Counted from the first letter of the stretch, positions 1 through 9,789 are shown. The stretch: 64,000 nt of DNA from an uncultured bacterium (GCA_963705505.1 CAVPJU010000006.1:576001-640000); one strand, 5' to 3'. Numbers and translations are program-made. Notes: generated from the letters alone by a model not told the origin.

Positions 1-570
1 ATATTGACCACGACGCCAATAAAGGGGACCATCGACAGGGGGAATACCCGGGAATCGGACACGATTAAGAAAGCGAAGCTTGTGAGCAGCGAAAAGGAGA
101 GGGCAGAGAACCTTATGATCGTGGACCTCATGAGGAATGATCTCTCAAGGGTATGCAGGCGCGGCTCAGTAAAGGTCAGCAGGCTTTTCGATGTGGAAAC
201 ATATACGACCCTTCATCAATTGGTTTCAGAGGTGGAAGGCCGCCTTAACGACGGTGAAGCAATAAGAAGTATAATAAAAAATCTCTTTCCGCCCGGCTCT
301 GTCACCGGAGCGCCCAAGAGGAGGGCTCTTGAGGTGATAGATGAGCTCGAGCCGCATTATAGAGGACCCTATTGCGGAGCAATAGGATTATTTTTCCCGA
401 ACGGGGACTTTACGTTGAGCGTCGGGATAAGATTGATGGTCAAATATGCCGGGAGAGCTACGTTCTGGGCGGGCGGCGGGATCGTATGGGATTCGGACCC
501 GGAGAGAGAGTATGAGGAAACAGTTTTAAAATCCCTTGCGATCAAAAAGGCCATGGGGCTGGCTGAATAA
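1..570 (+). CDS. pabB: Aminodeoxychorismate synthase component I / anthranilate synthase-like chorismate-binding protein, C-terminal part (5' end outside window)
   Basis: Motifs PIKGT, KERAENLMIVDLMRNDL, FPPGSVTGAPK, RGPYCGAIG, GGGIVWDS; followed by a class IV aminotransferase. Confidence 0.85.
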   Translation: MLTTTPIKGTIDRGNTRESDTIKKAKLVSSEKERAENLMIVDLMRNDLSRVCRRGSVKVSRLFDVETYTTLHQLVSEVEGRLNDGEAIRSIIKNLFPPGSVTGAPKRRALEVIDELEPHYRGPYCGAIGLFFPNGDFTLSVGIRLMVKYAGRATFWAGGGIVWDSDPEREYEETVLKSLAIKKAMGLAE

Positions 571-592
571 AGATAGTATCAAGGAAAATGAG

Positions 593-1408
593 TTGGAACA
601 GGTACTTATAAATGGCGAAAGGGCAGAGCCCGGGGTCCCGCTGAGGGCTCTTTTTTATGGAGAGGGGCTTTTTGAGACATTTCGTTATAAATCACGTTTG
701 CCAGTCTTTTTCGAGAAGCACTATGAGCGTATGGAGCGTGGGGCCGCTCTGCTCGGAATACCTTTGATGGGTATAGCTGCACTGACCGGTTTAATAGATA
801 AAGCCCTATCGGATTCACGATTGCCGGATGCTTATGTGAAGGTATGCCTGCTTTCTGGCGGGGGTTTTAATTATTATGATTATCCTGCGAGCGGCGACAT
901 CATAATTATAGTCAGGGATTACCGGCCGAGGGGGGAGCCGGTAAGAGCCGATATATGCTCATTTAAAAGACACTCGGGATCTCCCATTCGCCGCATTAAG
1001 TCTCTCAACTATCTTGAGAATGTCGTCGCGCGGAGAGAAGCGAACCGGACGGGCTATAATGAATCAGCAATTCTCAATGAAAAGGGGGAGATAACGGAGT
1101 GCACATCGAGCAACATTTTCTGGGTAGGGAAAGATACCTTATGCACTCCTTCGCTTGATTGCGGGCTTCTGGCCGGAGTCACACGCGAAATTCTCATAAA
1201 TTCCGCCCCGGAGCTGGGATTGACGGTGGAAGAGGGCGGGTATTATCCGGAAGACCTGGCCGGTTCCCGGTTCGCCTTCTTGACGAACTCCCTCTCAGGT
1301 TCTCTTCTTATTTCGGAACTGGGAGGATTAAGCTTACCGCTTGGAGATGAACTATATGAAAGCATTAAGAAGCTGCTTTATGCGAAGCTCGGATGGGATC
1401 AAAATTAG
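593..1408 (+). CDS. pabC: Class IV PLP aminotransferase / 4-amino-4-deoxychorismate lyase
   Basis: YGEGLFETFR, KSLNYL, ECTSSNIF, GLLAGVTR motifs; downstream of pabB. ORF is open from 536; the TTG at 593 is the likelier start. Confidence 0.75.
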   Translation: MEQVLINGERAEPGVPLRALFYGEGLFETFRYKSRLPVFFEKHYERMERGAALLGIPLMGIAALTGLIDKALSDSRLPDAYVKVCLLSGGGFNYYDYPASGDIIIIVRDYRPRGEPVRADICSFKRHSGSPIRRIKSLNYLENVVARREANRTGYNESAILNEKGEITECTSSNIFWVGKDTLCTPSLDCGLLAGVTREILINSAPELGLTVEEGGYYPEDLAGSRFAFLTNSLSGSLLISELGGLSLPLGDELYESIKKLLYAKLGWDQN

Positions 1409-1506
1409 CTCTTTATATCCTCAAGCCTTTCTGTATTAATATATTTTCACGTCCTAATTGCTCAACCGCCCGAAAATAATGAAAAATTAAAAAAAGGTGG
1501 AAGGAT

Positions 1507-1515
1507 TGTGGATAA
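1507..1515 (-). promoter_or_regulatory. DnaA box (perfect TTATCCACA on minus strand)
   Basis: + strand TGTGGATAA in the AT-rich intergenic gap between pabC and mnmE. Confidence 0.7.
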
Positions 1516-1604
1516 AAACCAGGCGCAAAACAGCAAAATTGCCATAACCAACTGTTAATATTAAATAATATGCCTTAATGCGGTCTTCATAAATGTGAAA
1601 ATAT

Positions 1605-1624
1605 CTATCCACAATTGTGGATGT
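1605..1624. promoter_or_regulatory. Pair of inverted DnaA-box-like sites
   Basis: CTATCCACA (1605-1613, 1 mismatch) back-to-back with TGTGGATGT (1616-1624, 2 mismatches); core ATCCACAATTGTGGAT is a perfect palindrome. Confidence 0.5.
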
Positions 1625-1637
1625 TTCACGTGAAACA
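1622..1637. promoter_or_regulatory. parS: parS centromere-like site (ParB binding)
   Basis: Perfect 16-bp consensus palindrome TGTTTCACGTGAAACA. Confidence 0.9.
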
Positions 1638-1649
1638 TTCCCTAACACC

Positions 1650-3056
1650 CTATTTGCCAATGCAAAATTTACTGAAGATCCTTCCCAGTATATCTTCCGT
1701 AGTTACCTCTCCCGTTATTTCTCCGAGCGAATCGAGAGCCGTTCTGAGGTCTATGGCGAGGAATTCCGGGGACTCACCCTTATTCAATATCTCAAGGAAT
1801 GAATTGAGGTTATCTACAGCCATTTCCAGGGCGAGTTTGTGCCTGAGCTCCGTGAGCATGAGCTCGGTTCCATCGGCATGGACTTTCCCGCCTGTCAGCA
1901 GCCCGCCTACCGCGTCCTTAAGCTCCTCGATACCCGTGCCCAGTTTGGCGGATGTATGTACTATTTTGTTTCCGGGAATCAAATCGGAGAGTGCATCTGG
2001 GTTCAAAATAAATCCTCTATCTGATTTGTTGATAACAACGATGGCTTTCTTGTCGATCGCGTGTCTTAGGGCCTCGATATCGTCGCTATCGAGCTCCACA
2101 CTCCCATCGAGCACCACCAGCAGCAGCTCCGCCTCCTCGGCCTTTTTCTCCGCAAGCCGGACTCCCTCATGTTCTATCTCTTCGGATGTAATTCTGATGC
2201 CTGCGGTATCTATCAGGATGAGCGGGATCCCCCTGACATCTATGCTCTCCTCTATGAAATCCCTCGTAGTTCCGGGGAGGGGGCTAACGATCGCTCTATC
2301 CTTCATTAAGAGCCTGTTCAAAAGGCTTGATTTTCCGACGTTCGGCTTGCCGAGTATAGCGGTTTTTACGCCGTATTTTATTATCCGGCCTTCCTCGTAT
2401 GTGCATAAAAGCGTATTTAAGCCCGATAGCAGACTCTGTACACGCTTAATCAGGCTCTCTTTGACTATGGGATCTATATCTTCCTCGGGAAAGTCAACCT
2501 GAGCTTCCACCTCGGCCAGCATATCCAGAAGAACATCCTTGAATTCCCCGATCTTTTCCGAGAGGACCCCTTCGAGCTGGAGCTCGGCCTGTTTCAAACC
2601 CTCTTCGGTCCGGGCGTTTATGATATCCGAAACGGCTTCGGCCTGGGCAAGGTCCATTTTCCCGTTTAAAAACCCTCTGAGGGAGAATTCTCCCGGGTTT
2701 GCGGGCCTGATTCCCAGGCTGAATAGTATCTCAAGTATTTTTTTCGGGACCAGATATCCGCCGTGGGAATGTATTTCGACGACGTCCTCTCCCGTATATG
2801 AGTTTGGGGACTTCATGAATACGCAAAGCACCTCGTCCGCAACGTCGCCCGTTCTATAATCGATGATACGGCCGTGATACAGGCGGTGAGATTCCATAAG
2901 CGTTATATCGGCATCGCCGCGTCCGGTTTTAAAGATGAGATTAGTGAAATGAAGAGATTTCGGGCCGCTGATCCTTATGACGGCGATGCCTCCATTCCCG
3001 GGAGGTGTCGCTATAGCGGCGATAGTGTCTTCGTTCGATATTAAGCGCCAGCTCAT
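1650..3056 (-). CDS. mnmE: tRNA modification GTPase MnmE/TrmE
   Basis: DTIAAIATPPG, GKPNVGKSSLLN, GTTRD, DTAG, NKSD and C-terminal FCIGK. Confidence 0.97.
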   Translation of the reverse strand: MSWRLISNEDTIAAIATPPGNGGIAVIRISGPKSLHFTNLIFKTGRGDADITLMESHRLYHGRIIDYRTGDVADEVLCVFMKSPNSYTGEDVVEIHSHGGYLVPKKILEILFSLGIRPANPGEFSLRGFLNGKMDLAQAEAVSDIINARTEEGLKQAELQLEGVLSEKIGEFKDVLLDMLAEVEAQVDFPEEDIDPIVKESLIKRVQSLLSGLNTLLCTYEEGRIIKYGVKTAILGKPNVGKSSLLNRLLMKDRAIVSPLPGTTRDFIEESIDVRGIPLILIDTAGIRITSEEIEHEGVRLAEKKAEEAELLLVVLDGSVELDSDDIEALRHAIDKKAIVVINKSDRGFILNPDALSDLIPGNKIVHTSAKLGTGIEELKDAVGGLLTGGKVHADGTELMLTELRHKLALEMAVDNLNSFLEILNKGESPEFLAIDLRTALDSLGEITGEVTTEDILGRIFSKFCIGK

Positions 3057-3163
3057 TCGAAGGATAAGTTACCACATTAGCCTTGGGGCTGCTAATATTA
3101 TTAAAATATGTAGTAATACTGGACAATTAAGGTTTAAGCGGGGTATGGACTGACAATTCGTAT

Positions 3164-3195
3164 CGGAGACGATAGGGCTTCTGCCATCGTCTCCG
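3164..3195. terminator. 10-bp GC-rich hairpin, probable terminator of the TetR-AhpD unit
   Basis: CGGAGACGAT...ATCGTCTCCG downstream of the 3263-3970 gene; no clear U-tract. Confidence 0.4.
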
Positions 3196-3262
3196 CACGG
3201 GTTTGATTCATCGTTTTATTCGCCGAGGGGCGTAGGTTAAAAGCTTGACCGCATAATTCGAA

Positions 3263-3970
3263 TTATCCGGCAGCCCTGGCTTTATCCTTTGCATTCAGGC
3301 TTGAAAGCGTATCCATTGCAATGCTCGTATGGGCAAAGCATGCGCCCGCGGACATGACCATGGCTACATTGATAGCCTCTGCCATTTGCTCCTTCGTAAT
3401 TCCGCCGCTCCTCGCGTCCTTCACGCAGCCCCTGATGCAGTACGGGCATTTCGTCATGTGGGCGCAGGCGAGTCCGACTAGACCTCTTTTAAAATCCTTG
3501 CTTAGCGCCCCTTCGGCGAATACCTTTTTAGTGAAATTCTTGAAAGCCTCTGAATTAGCCCCGCTGCATTTGCTGAACTCGCTTATTTCCTTGGTTACGT
3601 CCTTTTTAAAGAAATGTCCTTCCGTAAGGGGGATATTGTGCTCAAGCGCGTCATGGGCTTCATAAGCTATGGTTGAGTAAGCATAGGGCCCTCCCATCGC
3701 AAAGCGCATCGCGACATAGATCGCTTCGATGATCTCCTGATCCGTGGCTCCGAGGTTTTTGGATAACCTGACCCTTGCCCTTATGCAGTATGGACATCGC
3801 GTTATGTGCGCTCCTGCAACTGCGATGAGCTGTTTCTCCTTCTGGGAGAGGGCTCCGTCTTCAAATGCTCCGTTATGAAATTCCATCCAGGCCCCGTGGA
3901 GCTCGGGGTTTAATTCTTTAAAAAGTGCCATATCACTTGAAATGTCACTTTTAAATAAAAATTCCGGCAT
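3263..3970 (-). CDS. Tandem-domain carboxymuconolactone decarboxylase / AhpD-like alkylhydroperoxidase
   Basis: Two repeats of F..GALS...K.L..A.AH.T.CPYCI...EAI.VAM (HITRCPYCI and HMTKCPYCI); RBS AGGAGG. Confidence 0.85.
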   Translation of the reverse strand: MPEFLFKSDISSDMALFKELNPELHGAWMEFHNGAFEDGALSQKEKQLIAVAGAHITRCPYCIRARVRLSKNLGATDQEIIEAIYVAMRFAMGGPYAYSTIAYEAHDALEHNIPLTEGHFFKKDVTKEISEFSKCSGANSEAFKNFTKKVFAEGALSKDFKRGLVGLACAHMTKCPYCIRGCVKDARSGGITKEQMAEAINVAMVMSAGACFAHTSIAMDTLSSLNAKDKARAAG

Positions 3971-3992
3971 AATACACCTCCTTAAATTTTTA

Positions 3993-4574
3993 TTATGCAG
4001 CTTTTAAAAGCTTCATGATGGTCTCGACCCCCGTAGAAAGCGGCTCGATCGACCTGTGGGTTTTAACCATCATTATCGCCCCTTCGAGATGAGAGAGTAT
4101 CAACTGAGCGATTACTCCGGGCGGGAGGTCGCTGCGGAAATCCCCTTTTCTCATACCCTCTTCAATGCACTCTTCTATAGTCTTTTCCCAGGAATTAAAA
4201 AAAACGGAAAGTTTTTCCCTGAAATTTTCATTTGCTCCGCTCATCTCAATTGCAAGATTGCCAAAAGGGCATCCCTTTGGTTTTTCTGAATCGCGGTGGA
4301 ATGTTTTAACGGCTTTATAAAACTCCTTTAGTCTTTCGGAGGGCCCAAGCGATGTATTTCCAAGCGTCTTCAGCAGCACTTCGGCCTCGTAATGCCTTAT
4401 AAATCTATCGAGTATGATAAGCCCCAACTCCTCCTTACTTTTGAAGTGGTAGTAGAAGTTGCTTTTTGTGACCCCGCTCTGCTTGAGAATTTCATCTACC
4501 GATGTCTGCTGGAAGCCGTTTTCGTGGAATAACTCCTTTGCGCTGGCTAGAATTTTTTCTTTGCTTTTATTCAA
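3993..4574 (-). CDS. TetR/AcrR family regulator (NemR/LmrA-like)
   Basis: N-terminal HTH GFQQTSVDEILKQSGVTKSNFYYHFKSKEEL; GCPFGNL motif. Confidence 0.9.
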   Translation of the reverse strand: MNKSKEKILASAKELFHENGFQQTSVDEILKQSGVTKSNFYYHFKSKEELGLIILDRFIRHYEAEVLLKTLGNTSLGPSERLKEFYKAVKTFHRDSEKPKGCPFGNLAIEMSGANENFREKLSVFFNSWEKTIEECIEEGMRKGDFRSDLPPGVIAQLILSHLEGAIMMVKTHRSIEPLSTGVETIMKLLKAA

Positions 4575-4593
4575 TTTCGATACCCCTCGTAAG

Positions 4594-4617
4594 TTAGTAC
4601 TGACCGGTTAGTCCTAA
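4594..4617. promoter_or_regulatory. Putative TetR autoregulatory operator
   Basis: 24-bp imperfect palindrome TTAGTACTGACCGGTTAGTCCTAA between the promoter and the start codon. Confidence 0.65.
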
Positions 4618-4645
4618 TAATATTATATCTCAGCGCTATTGTCAA
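4617..4645 (-). promoter_or_regulatory. Sigma70 promoter of the TetR-AhpD unit
   Basis: Minus strand TTGACA (4645-4640), 17-nt spacer, TATTAT (4622-4617). Confidence 0.75.
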
Positions 4646-4794
4646 GAGGTTTTTTGGCCCGGGATTATAAATGGATGAGTATATGCCGGATTTCGGATTA
4701 TCGCTGGATCCGGTAGGTCGTTTCGGGGAGGGGGCGAAAAAAGGTGTCTGACCGCAAAAGAATGATTATGTCCGGGAGCCGGCTTTTCTGCTTT

Positions 4795-5928
4795 TTATAC
4801 TATGCCGAAGCTTAATTTTAACGGGGATTCAGGATACAGGCCTTCATCGGTTTCATCGACGTTCTTTTTCTGAAGGAGTATTTTAAAACTATTGCCCATG
4901 GACCCCGGAAGGAAGAGGTTCTTTATAGTCATATTCTTATTATCCTCCAAATTACCGGGTTCCCTCATCATTATATCCAGTATCCCCCAGTCTATAAGGA
5001 ACTGGCCCTGGGTTGTGTACTTGAGCTTCTTGAGCCCGAAGGTCTCGCCCGCCCTTATCAGATTGCTGAAATCCACATGAGCGGTAATGTCCTGCTCGCC
5101 GATGTTTACGTAGGGATTTTCATTTGTCGTATGCTTATGCAAACACTTAAAGGTCCCTTTCATCCTTTCCGGGCTATATAGCTCGGGTGCGAGGTATCCG
5201 TAGTCTATGGTCAGGATAAAACCCTTTCCTATAATCTTTTGAGCCTGCCCGAGCCATCTGCCAGCATTCAGATTTATTTCGACCTCCTGCCCTTCACGAA
5301 AATGAAGCCCGTACCCATCGAAGTATTCGTCCAATTCCTTAGCGCTCGGCTCATCGAGGACTTCGGCGAATTCACCGTCTTTCAGCGAAACGAATATCTC
5401 CCTGAGAGCTCCGCCTGCGAACTTCGCTCTGTGAAAGGGGAATGCGTCGACGAGCTCGTTCGATAGGATAACACCGTCCGCTCCTTCGGGATCGATTTCG
5501 GAGATCGAGGATAAGAATTTAATTCTGGCGATATGATTTTCGAGGGCCTCTTCGGCTTGTTCGAGATTCCGAGCGCTCTTTTCGATCACATAGTAAGTAA
5601 TTTCATCATACAGTTCAGGACTCCCTCGTTTAATTGCATCGAGTATATCCGAGGCCAGTAACCCCCTCGCTGCGCCGAACTCAACTACCTTAAGACCGTT
5701 TCCGTCTATGAAAGTGCCTGCTTTGGCTATGAATCCGGCCAGGACCTCCCCGAATTCGGAAGTTACGCAGGGGCTTGTGTAATAGTCCCCTCCTTTTCCG
5801 ATCCGGGTTTTCCCGGACGTATAGTAGCCGAGCTCCGGATGGTAAAGCGCATGCTCCATGAATTCCGAGAAAGTGATCCGGCCTTTCGCCCTTATCTCCG
5901 ATTTGATAAATTCTGTGAGCGTATTCAT
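4795..5928 (-). CDS. SAM-dependent methyltransferase, MidA/NDUFAF7 (DUF185) family
   Basis: ITFSEFMEHALYHPELGYY, GDYYTSP, EFGAARG, SNELVDAFP, IDYG, QDITAHVDF; start moved to the ATG at 5928. Confidence 0.9.
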   Translation of the reverse strand: MNTLTEFIKSEIRAKGRITFSEFMEHALYHPELGYYTSGKTRIGKGGDYYTSPCVTSEFGEVLAGFIAKAGTFIDGNGLKVVEFGAARGLLASDILDAIKRGSPELYDEITYYVIEKSARNLEQAEEALENHIARIKFLSSISEIDPEGADGVILSNELVDAFPFHRAKFAGGALREIFVSLKDGEFAEVLDEPSAKELDEYFDGYGLHFREGQEVEINLNAGRWLGQAQKIIGKGFILTIDYGYLAPELYSPERMKGTFKCLHKHTTNENPYVNIGEQDITAHVDFSNLIRAGETFGLKKLKYTTQGQFLIDWGILDIMMREPGNLEDNKNMTIKNLFLPGSMGNSFKILLQKKNVDETDEGLYPESPLKLSFGIV

Positions 5929-6026
5929 CTGACTGTTTTTATATTTCCGCCGGGTGAAGTAAATTATATCCGGCAATTATTTTATCACAGCGGCCTGAAT
6001 CAAAGCGGAATCGGGCATCGGAAACT

Positions 6027-6821
6027 ATGACCTGGCTCATTAAACCCATCAAGATCCTCGCGTTCCTTGTACTCGTCATAACATTTCTCCCGTTATCCTT
6101 TTGCGTGGATCTTCTTGTTAGAGACAAAGGGGCGAAACTCAGGTATTTCTCGCGCATCTCTTCCTTTTATCTCCGGGCGGCTCTCATGGTGCTCGGCGTG
6201 AAAGTCACACTTAAGAATATTCATAGGCTGAAGGAAAGAAACGAGAACCACCTCATTATATCGAACCATCTTTCGTATATCGACATCTTCGTAATCTCCT
6301 CCTCCGCTCCCTCGGTTTTCGTAGCGAATTCGGAGCTCGAGGAAGCATTCCTGCTCGGATCGATTATCAGGTACTCGGGAGGGGTATTCGTCGAAAGGAG
6401 GAACAGGGCACGCCTGTTAAGCGATATGCGGAATATTAAGGATATACTAAATATGGGTCTGAACGTAGTCCTCTTCCCGGAGGGGACGACTTCTGACGGC
6501 GAGGGGGTAATGCCATTCAAAACGCCCTTACTCGGTGTGGTATCGGAAGGTGATGTCGATGTTCTCCCGCTTTGTATAAGGTACAGAAAAATAAACGGTC
6601 TCGATGTGGACGCCGTGAACGGGCGGCTGGTTTATTATCACGGCAACATAACCTTTTTCGAGCACTTTTTCAGACTCTTGAATCTCAGATCGATAAGCGT
6701 GGAGCTCACCGAGCTCGAAGCAATCGGGTCGGGCTCCTATCGTTCCAGAAAGGAGCTGGCGAAAATCGCATACGAACGAATTAGCGGGGCGTATAAAGAA
6801 AGCGCCGGTGCCGAAGATTAA
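6027..6821 (+). CDS. PlsC-like lysophospholipid acyltransferase
   Basis: NHLSYID (HX4D), FVERR and FPEGTTS motifs; N-terminal TM segment. Confidence 0.88.
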   Translation: MTWLIKPIKILAFLVLVITFLPLSFCVDLLVRDKGAKLRYFSRISSFYLRAALMVLGVKVTLKNIHRLKERNENHLIISNHLSYIDIFVISSSAPSVFVANSELEEAFLLGSIIRYSGGVFVERRNRARLLSDMRNIKDILNMGLNVVLFPEGTTSDGEGVMPFKTPLLGVVSEGDVDVLPLCIRYRKINGLDVDAVNGRLVYYHGNITFFEHFFRLLNLRSISVELTELEAIGSGSYRSRKELAKIAYERISGAYKESAGAED

Positions 6822-6956
6822 ATGGTGCCGGGAGGTTACATACATACTCCGATCGGCCTGTTTCTTCGGGCACCTGAGGCGTCCCGGCTTGCTCTAACAC
6901 GATAGGTTAGTTATGATAGAAAATCCTAAAGGGCAGAGACAAAGGAGAATTTCTAT

Positions 6957-8123
6957 ATGGATGTGAAGTGGGCGAAGAGAATTGCGGATCTTCCGCCGTA
7001 CCTGTTTGCAGAAATCGACGCAAAAAAGACTGAAATGAGGGCAAAGGGGATGGACATCATAGATTTAGGCGTAGGCGACCCTGACATACCGACACCGAAG
7101 CATATAGTGGAGGCATTGAAAAGAGCGGCCGAGGACCCGCAAAATCACAGATACCCCTCATATGAAGGCATGCTCTCATTCAGGACCGCAGTCGCTGATT
7201 GGTATAAGGAGCGTTTCGGAGTCGAGCTCGACCCGAAGACAGAGGTGGTTGCGCTCATCGGCTCGAAAGAAGGGATAGCCCATACTCCGCTTGCCTTTCT
7301 CGACCCCGGGGACATCGGACTATATACGGACCCGGGTTATCCCGTTTACCCCACGTCCATAAGCTTCGCCGGAGGCGTGCCCTACGCAGTCCCCCTCCTG
7401 AAGGAGAACGGATTTCTCCCCGACCTCGGAGCTATACCCGAGGATATCAGGAAAAAAGCGAAGATAATGTTCGTAAACTATCCGAACAATCCCACTACTG
7501 CCGTCGCGGGCGATGATTTTTACAAGGAACTTGTGGATTTCGCCATCAAGTACAATATTCTTATATGTCACGACGCTGCTTATACGGAAATAGCGTATGA
7601 CGGATATACTCCGGTCAGCTTCCTCCAGTTCGACGGTGCCAAGGAAATCGGTATCGAATTCCATTCCCTGTCCAAGACCTTCAACATGACCGGATGGAGG
7701 ATCGGGTTTGCGGTAGGAAATAAGAAGGCGATAGGAGGGCTGGGGAAAATAAAGACTAATATAGATTCGGGCGCCTTCCAGGCTGTCCAGGTTGCCGGCA
7801 TAGAGGCATTGAAAAACTACAAAGTCGGCCTTGAGGACAGGAAAAAAATATTCCAGGATAGGAGGGATATTTTTTGTAAGGGACTCGACGAGGCCGGTTT
7901 AAAGTACCATAAACCCAAGGCCACGTTCTATGTCTGGTTCGAAGTCCCACGGGGGCTTTCGTCAAAAGAATTTTCGACAAAGCTTTTAACCGAAGCCGGG
8001 ATCGTCGTGACCCCCGGCACGGGTTTCGGAAGGTATGGCGAGGGGTATGCGCGTGTATCGACTACGTTCAATACCGAAAGAATAATTCAGGCTGTAGAAA
8101 GGCTCAAAGAGGCAAAGTTCTGA
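6957..8123 (+). CDS. dapL: LL-diaminopimelate aminotransferase-type class I PLP aminotransferase
   Basis: LPPYLFAEID, IDLGVGDPD, GSKEGIAH, NYPNNPT, EFHSLSKTFNMTGWRIG. Confidence 0.75.
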   Translation: MDVKWAKRIADLPPYLFAEIDAKKTEMRAKGMDIIDLGVGDPDIPTPKHIVEALKRAAEDPQNHRYPSYEGMLSFRTAVADWYKERFGVELDPKTEVVALIGSKEGIAHTPLAFLDPGDIGLYTDPGYPVYPTSISFAGGVPYAVPLLKENGFLPDLGAIPEDIRKKAKIMFVNYPNNPTTAVAGDDFYKELVDFAIKYNILICHDAAYTEIAYDGYTPVSFLQFDGAKEIGIEFHSLSKTFNMTGWRIGFAVGNKKAIGGLGKIKTNIDSGAFQAVQVAGIEALKNYKVGLEDRKKIFQDRRDIFCKGLDEAGLKYHKPKATFYVWFEVPRGLSSKEFSTKLLTEAGIVVTPGTGFGRYGEGYARVSTTFNTERIIQAVERLKEAKF

Positions 8124-8159
8124 TCTTCTCCGGAAGGAAAAGGCAGCAGGAAATGAGAA

Positions 8160-9701
8160 GTGGAATACCTTATTTTAGCTTCTAAGATTATTGTAACAGT
8201 CCTTTATGCCGTAACGCTGACGCTTCTTTGCATATTCGGTCTGCACCGGTATTACCTTTCCTATTTATACGGTAAGAATAAAGAAAAAGTACCGGTCCCC
8301 AAATTCAGGTTCGAAACCCTTCCCCACGTAACGATACAACTCCCCATATATAACGAAATGTACGTCGTGGAGAGGCTCATCTCCTCAGTATGCAGGATAG
8401 ACTATCCGAGAGAGCTGCTCGAGATCCAGGTCCTCGATGATTCCACGGACAGGACCGTGGAAATTGCGAGCAGGTGCGTCAATCAATTTAAACAATCCGG
8501 CTACGATATAACATATATACACAGGGAAAACAGGGAGGGTTATAAGGCAGGAGCCCTGAGGGAGGGGCTTAAATCGGCAAAGGGCGAGCTTCTGGCAATA
8601 TTCGACGCTGACTTTATACCCCCCCGGGACTTTCTCAGGAATACCGTGGATTTCTTCTCCGATCCCGAGGTCGGCATGGTGCAGGTCAGGTGGGGGCATG
8701 TAAATCTCGATTACTCCTCCCTTACCAAAGCTCAGGCGATACTCCTTGACGGGCATTTTATGATAGAGCAGACGTCCAGGTTTAACGGCGGGATGTTTTT
8801 TAACTTCAACGGGACTGCCGGAGTATTGAGGAAGGAATGCATAGAAAGCTCGGGCGGATGGCAGCATGATACCCTTACCGAGGATCTCGACCTCAGTTAC
8901 AGGGCACAGCTTGCGGGATGGAAGCTGGTTTACCTGAGGGAAACGACTGCCGATGCGGAGCTGCCGGTGGATATGAACGCGTTTAAATCACAGCAGCACC
9001 GGTGGGCAAAGGGAGGGGTTCAAACTGCATTAAAAATACTTCCCGAGGTGTTCAGGAGGAAAAATCTTCCTTTTAAAATTAAGTCCGAGGCATTTTTCCA
9101 TCTCTTCGGCAATATATCTTATCTGCTCTTGTTGTTTCTCTTCCTGCTTATGTTCCCGATGGGATTTTTCTGGAGCAAGATAGGGTGGGACAGCGGCATA
9201 GTCATAAACATAATCGCTATAACTGCCGGAACTCTCAGCTTCGTGCTTTTTTATGTAATCACGGTGAGGGAGGTGCACGGCAAGAACTGGCTCACCTATC
9301 TGAAGTATGTACCGCTTGCCATATCTATAGGAGCCGGAATGGCGGTCAACAACTCGAAAGCGGTGCTCGAAGCCTTACTCGGCAAGACTTCGGAGTTCAG
9401 GCGTACCCCGAAATTTGCAGTTACTTCCAGGAATGACAACTGGCGTTCGAGGAGCTACGTCGCATCGAAAGAAATGACCGCTGTCATAGAGCTCGTTCTC
9501 GGCGTATTGTTTTTTCTCCAGACCGTTTTTGCTATATATATGGGACATCTGGGGTGGGTCCCGTTCCTTCTGCTCATACAGTTCGGATTTTTATATACGG
9601 GACTTCTTTCAATCTTTCACGGCTCCGGTAAAAAGGGCCCGGACTCATCAATTACCCCGATAATTCCCGAGCCCGCGCTTCAGAGAGATAAGGAGTATTG
9701 A
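8160..9701 (+). CDS. Membrane GT2 glycosyltransferase (cellulose synthase-like)
   Basis: QLPIYNE, QVLDDSTD, GYKAGAL, FDADF, TEDLDLS, QQHRW; multiple TM helices. Confidence 0.88.
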   Translation: MEYLILASKIIVTVLYAVTLTLLCIFGLHRYYLSYLYGKNKEKVPVPKFRFETLPHVTIQLPIYNEMYVVERLISSVCRIDYPRELLEIQVLDDSTDRTVEIASRCVNQFKQSGYDITYIHRENREGYKAGALREGLKSAKGELLAIFDADFIPPRDFLRNTVDFFSDPEVGMVQVRWGHVNLDYSSLTKAQAILLDGHFMIEQTSRFNGGMFFNFNGTAGVLRKECIESSGGWQHDTLTEDLDLSYRAQLAGWKLVYLRETTADAELPVDMNAFKSQQHRWAKGGVQTALKILPEVFRRKNLPFKIKSEAFFHLFGNISYLLLLFLFLLMFPMGFFWSKIGWDSGIVINIIAITAGTLSFVLFYVITVREVHGKNWLTYLKYVPLAISIGAGMAVNNSKAVLEALLGKTSEFRRTPKFAVTSRNDNWRSRSYVASKEMTAVIELVLGVLFFLQTVFAIYMGHLGWVPFLLLIQFGFLYTGLLSIFHGSGKKGPDSSITPIIPEPALQRDKEY

Positions 9702-9789
9702 TTGTACCGCCTCCTCCGGCGGCTGTAAGAATAGTGCCGGTTGGATTTGAGCGGAGCTATGCGAATCAATGGAGACTTTCCCGGATTAT

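Noticed and set aside
1532..1544. TGGCAATTTTGCT (minus) resembling a sigma54 promoter
   Set aside because: GG-GC spacing is 7 nt rather than the required 10
1615..2502. 295-aa plus-strand ORF
   Set aside because: Antisense shadow of mnmE; Ser-rich, no motifs, starts within the DnaA-box/parS cluster
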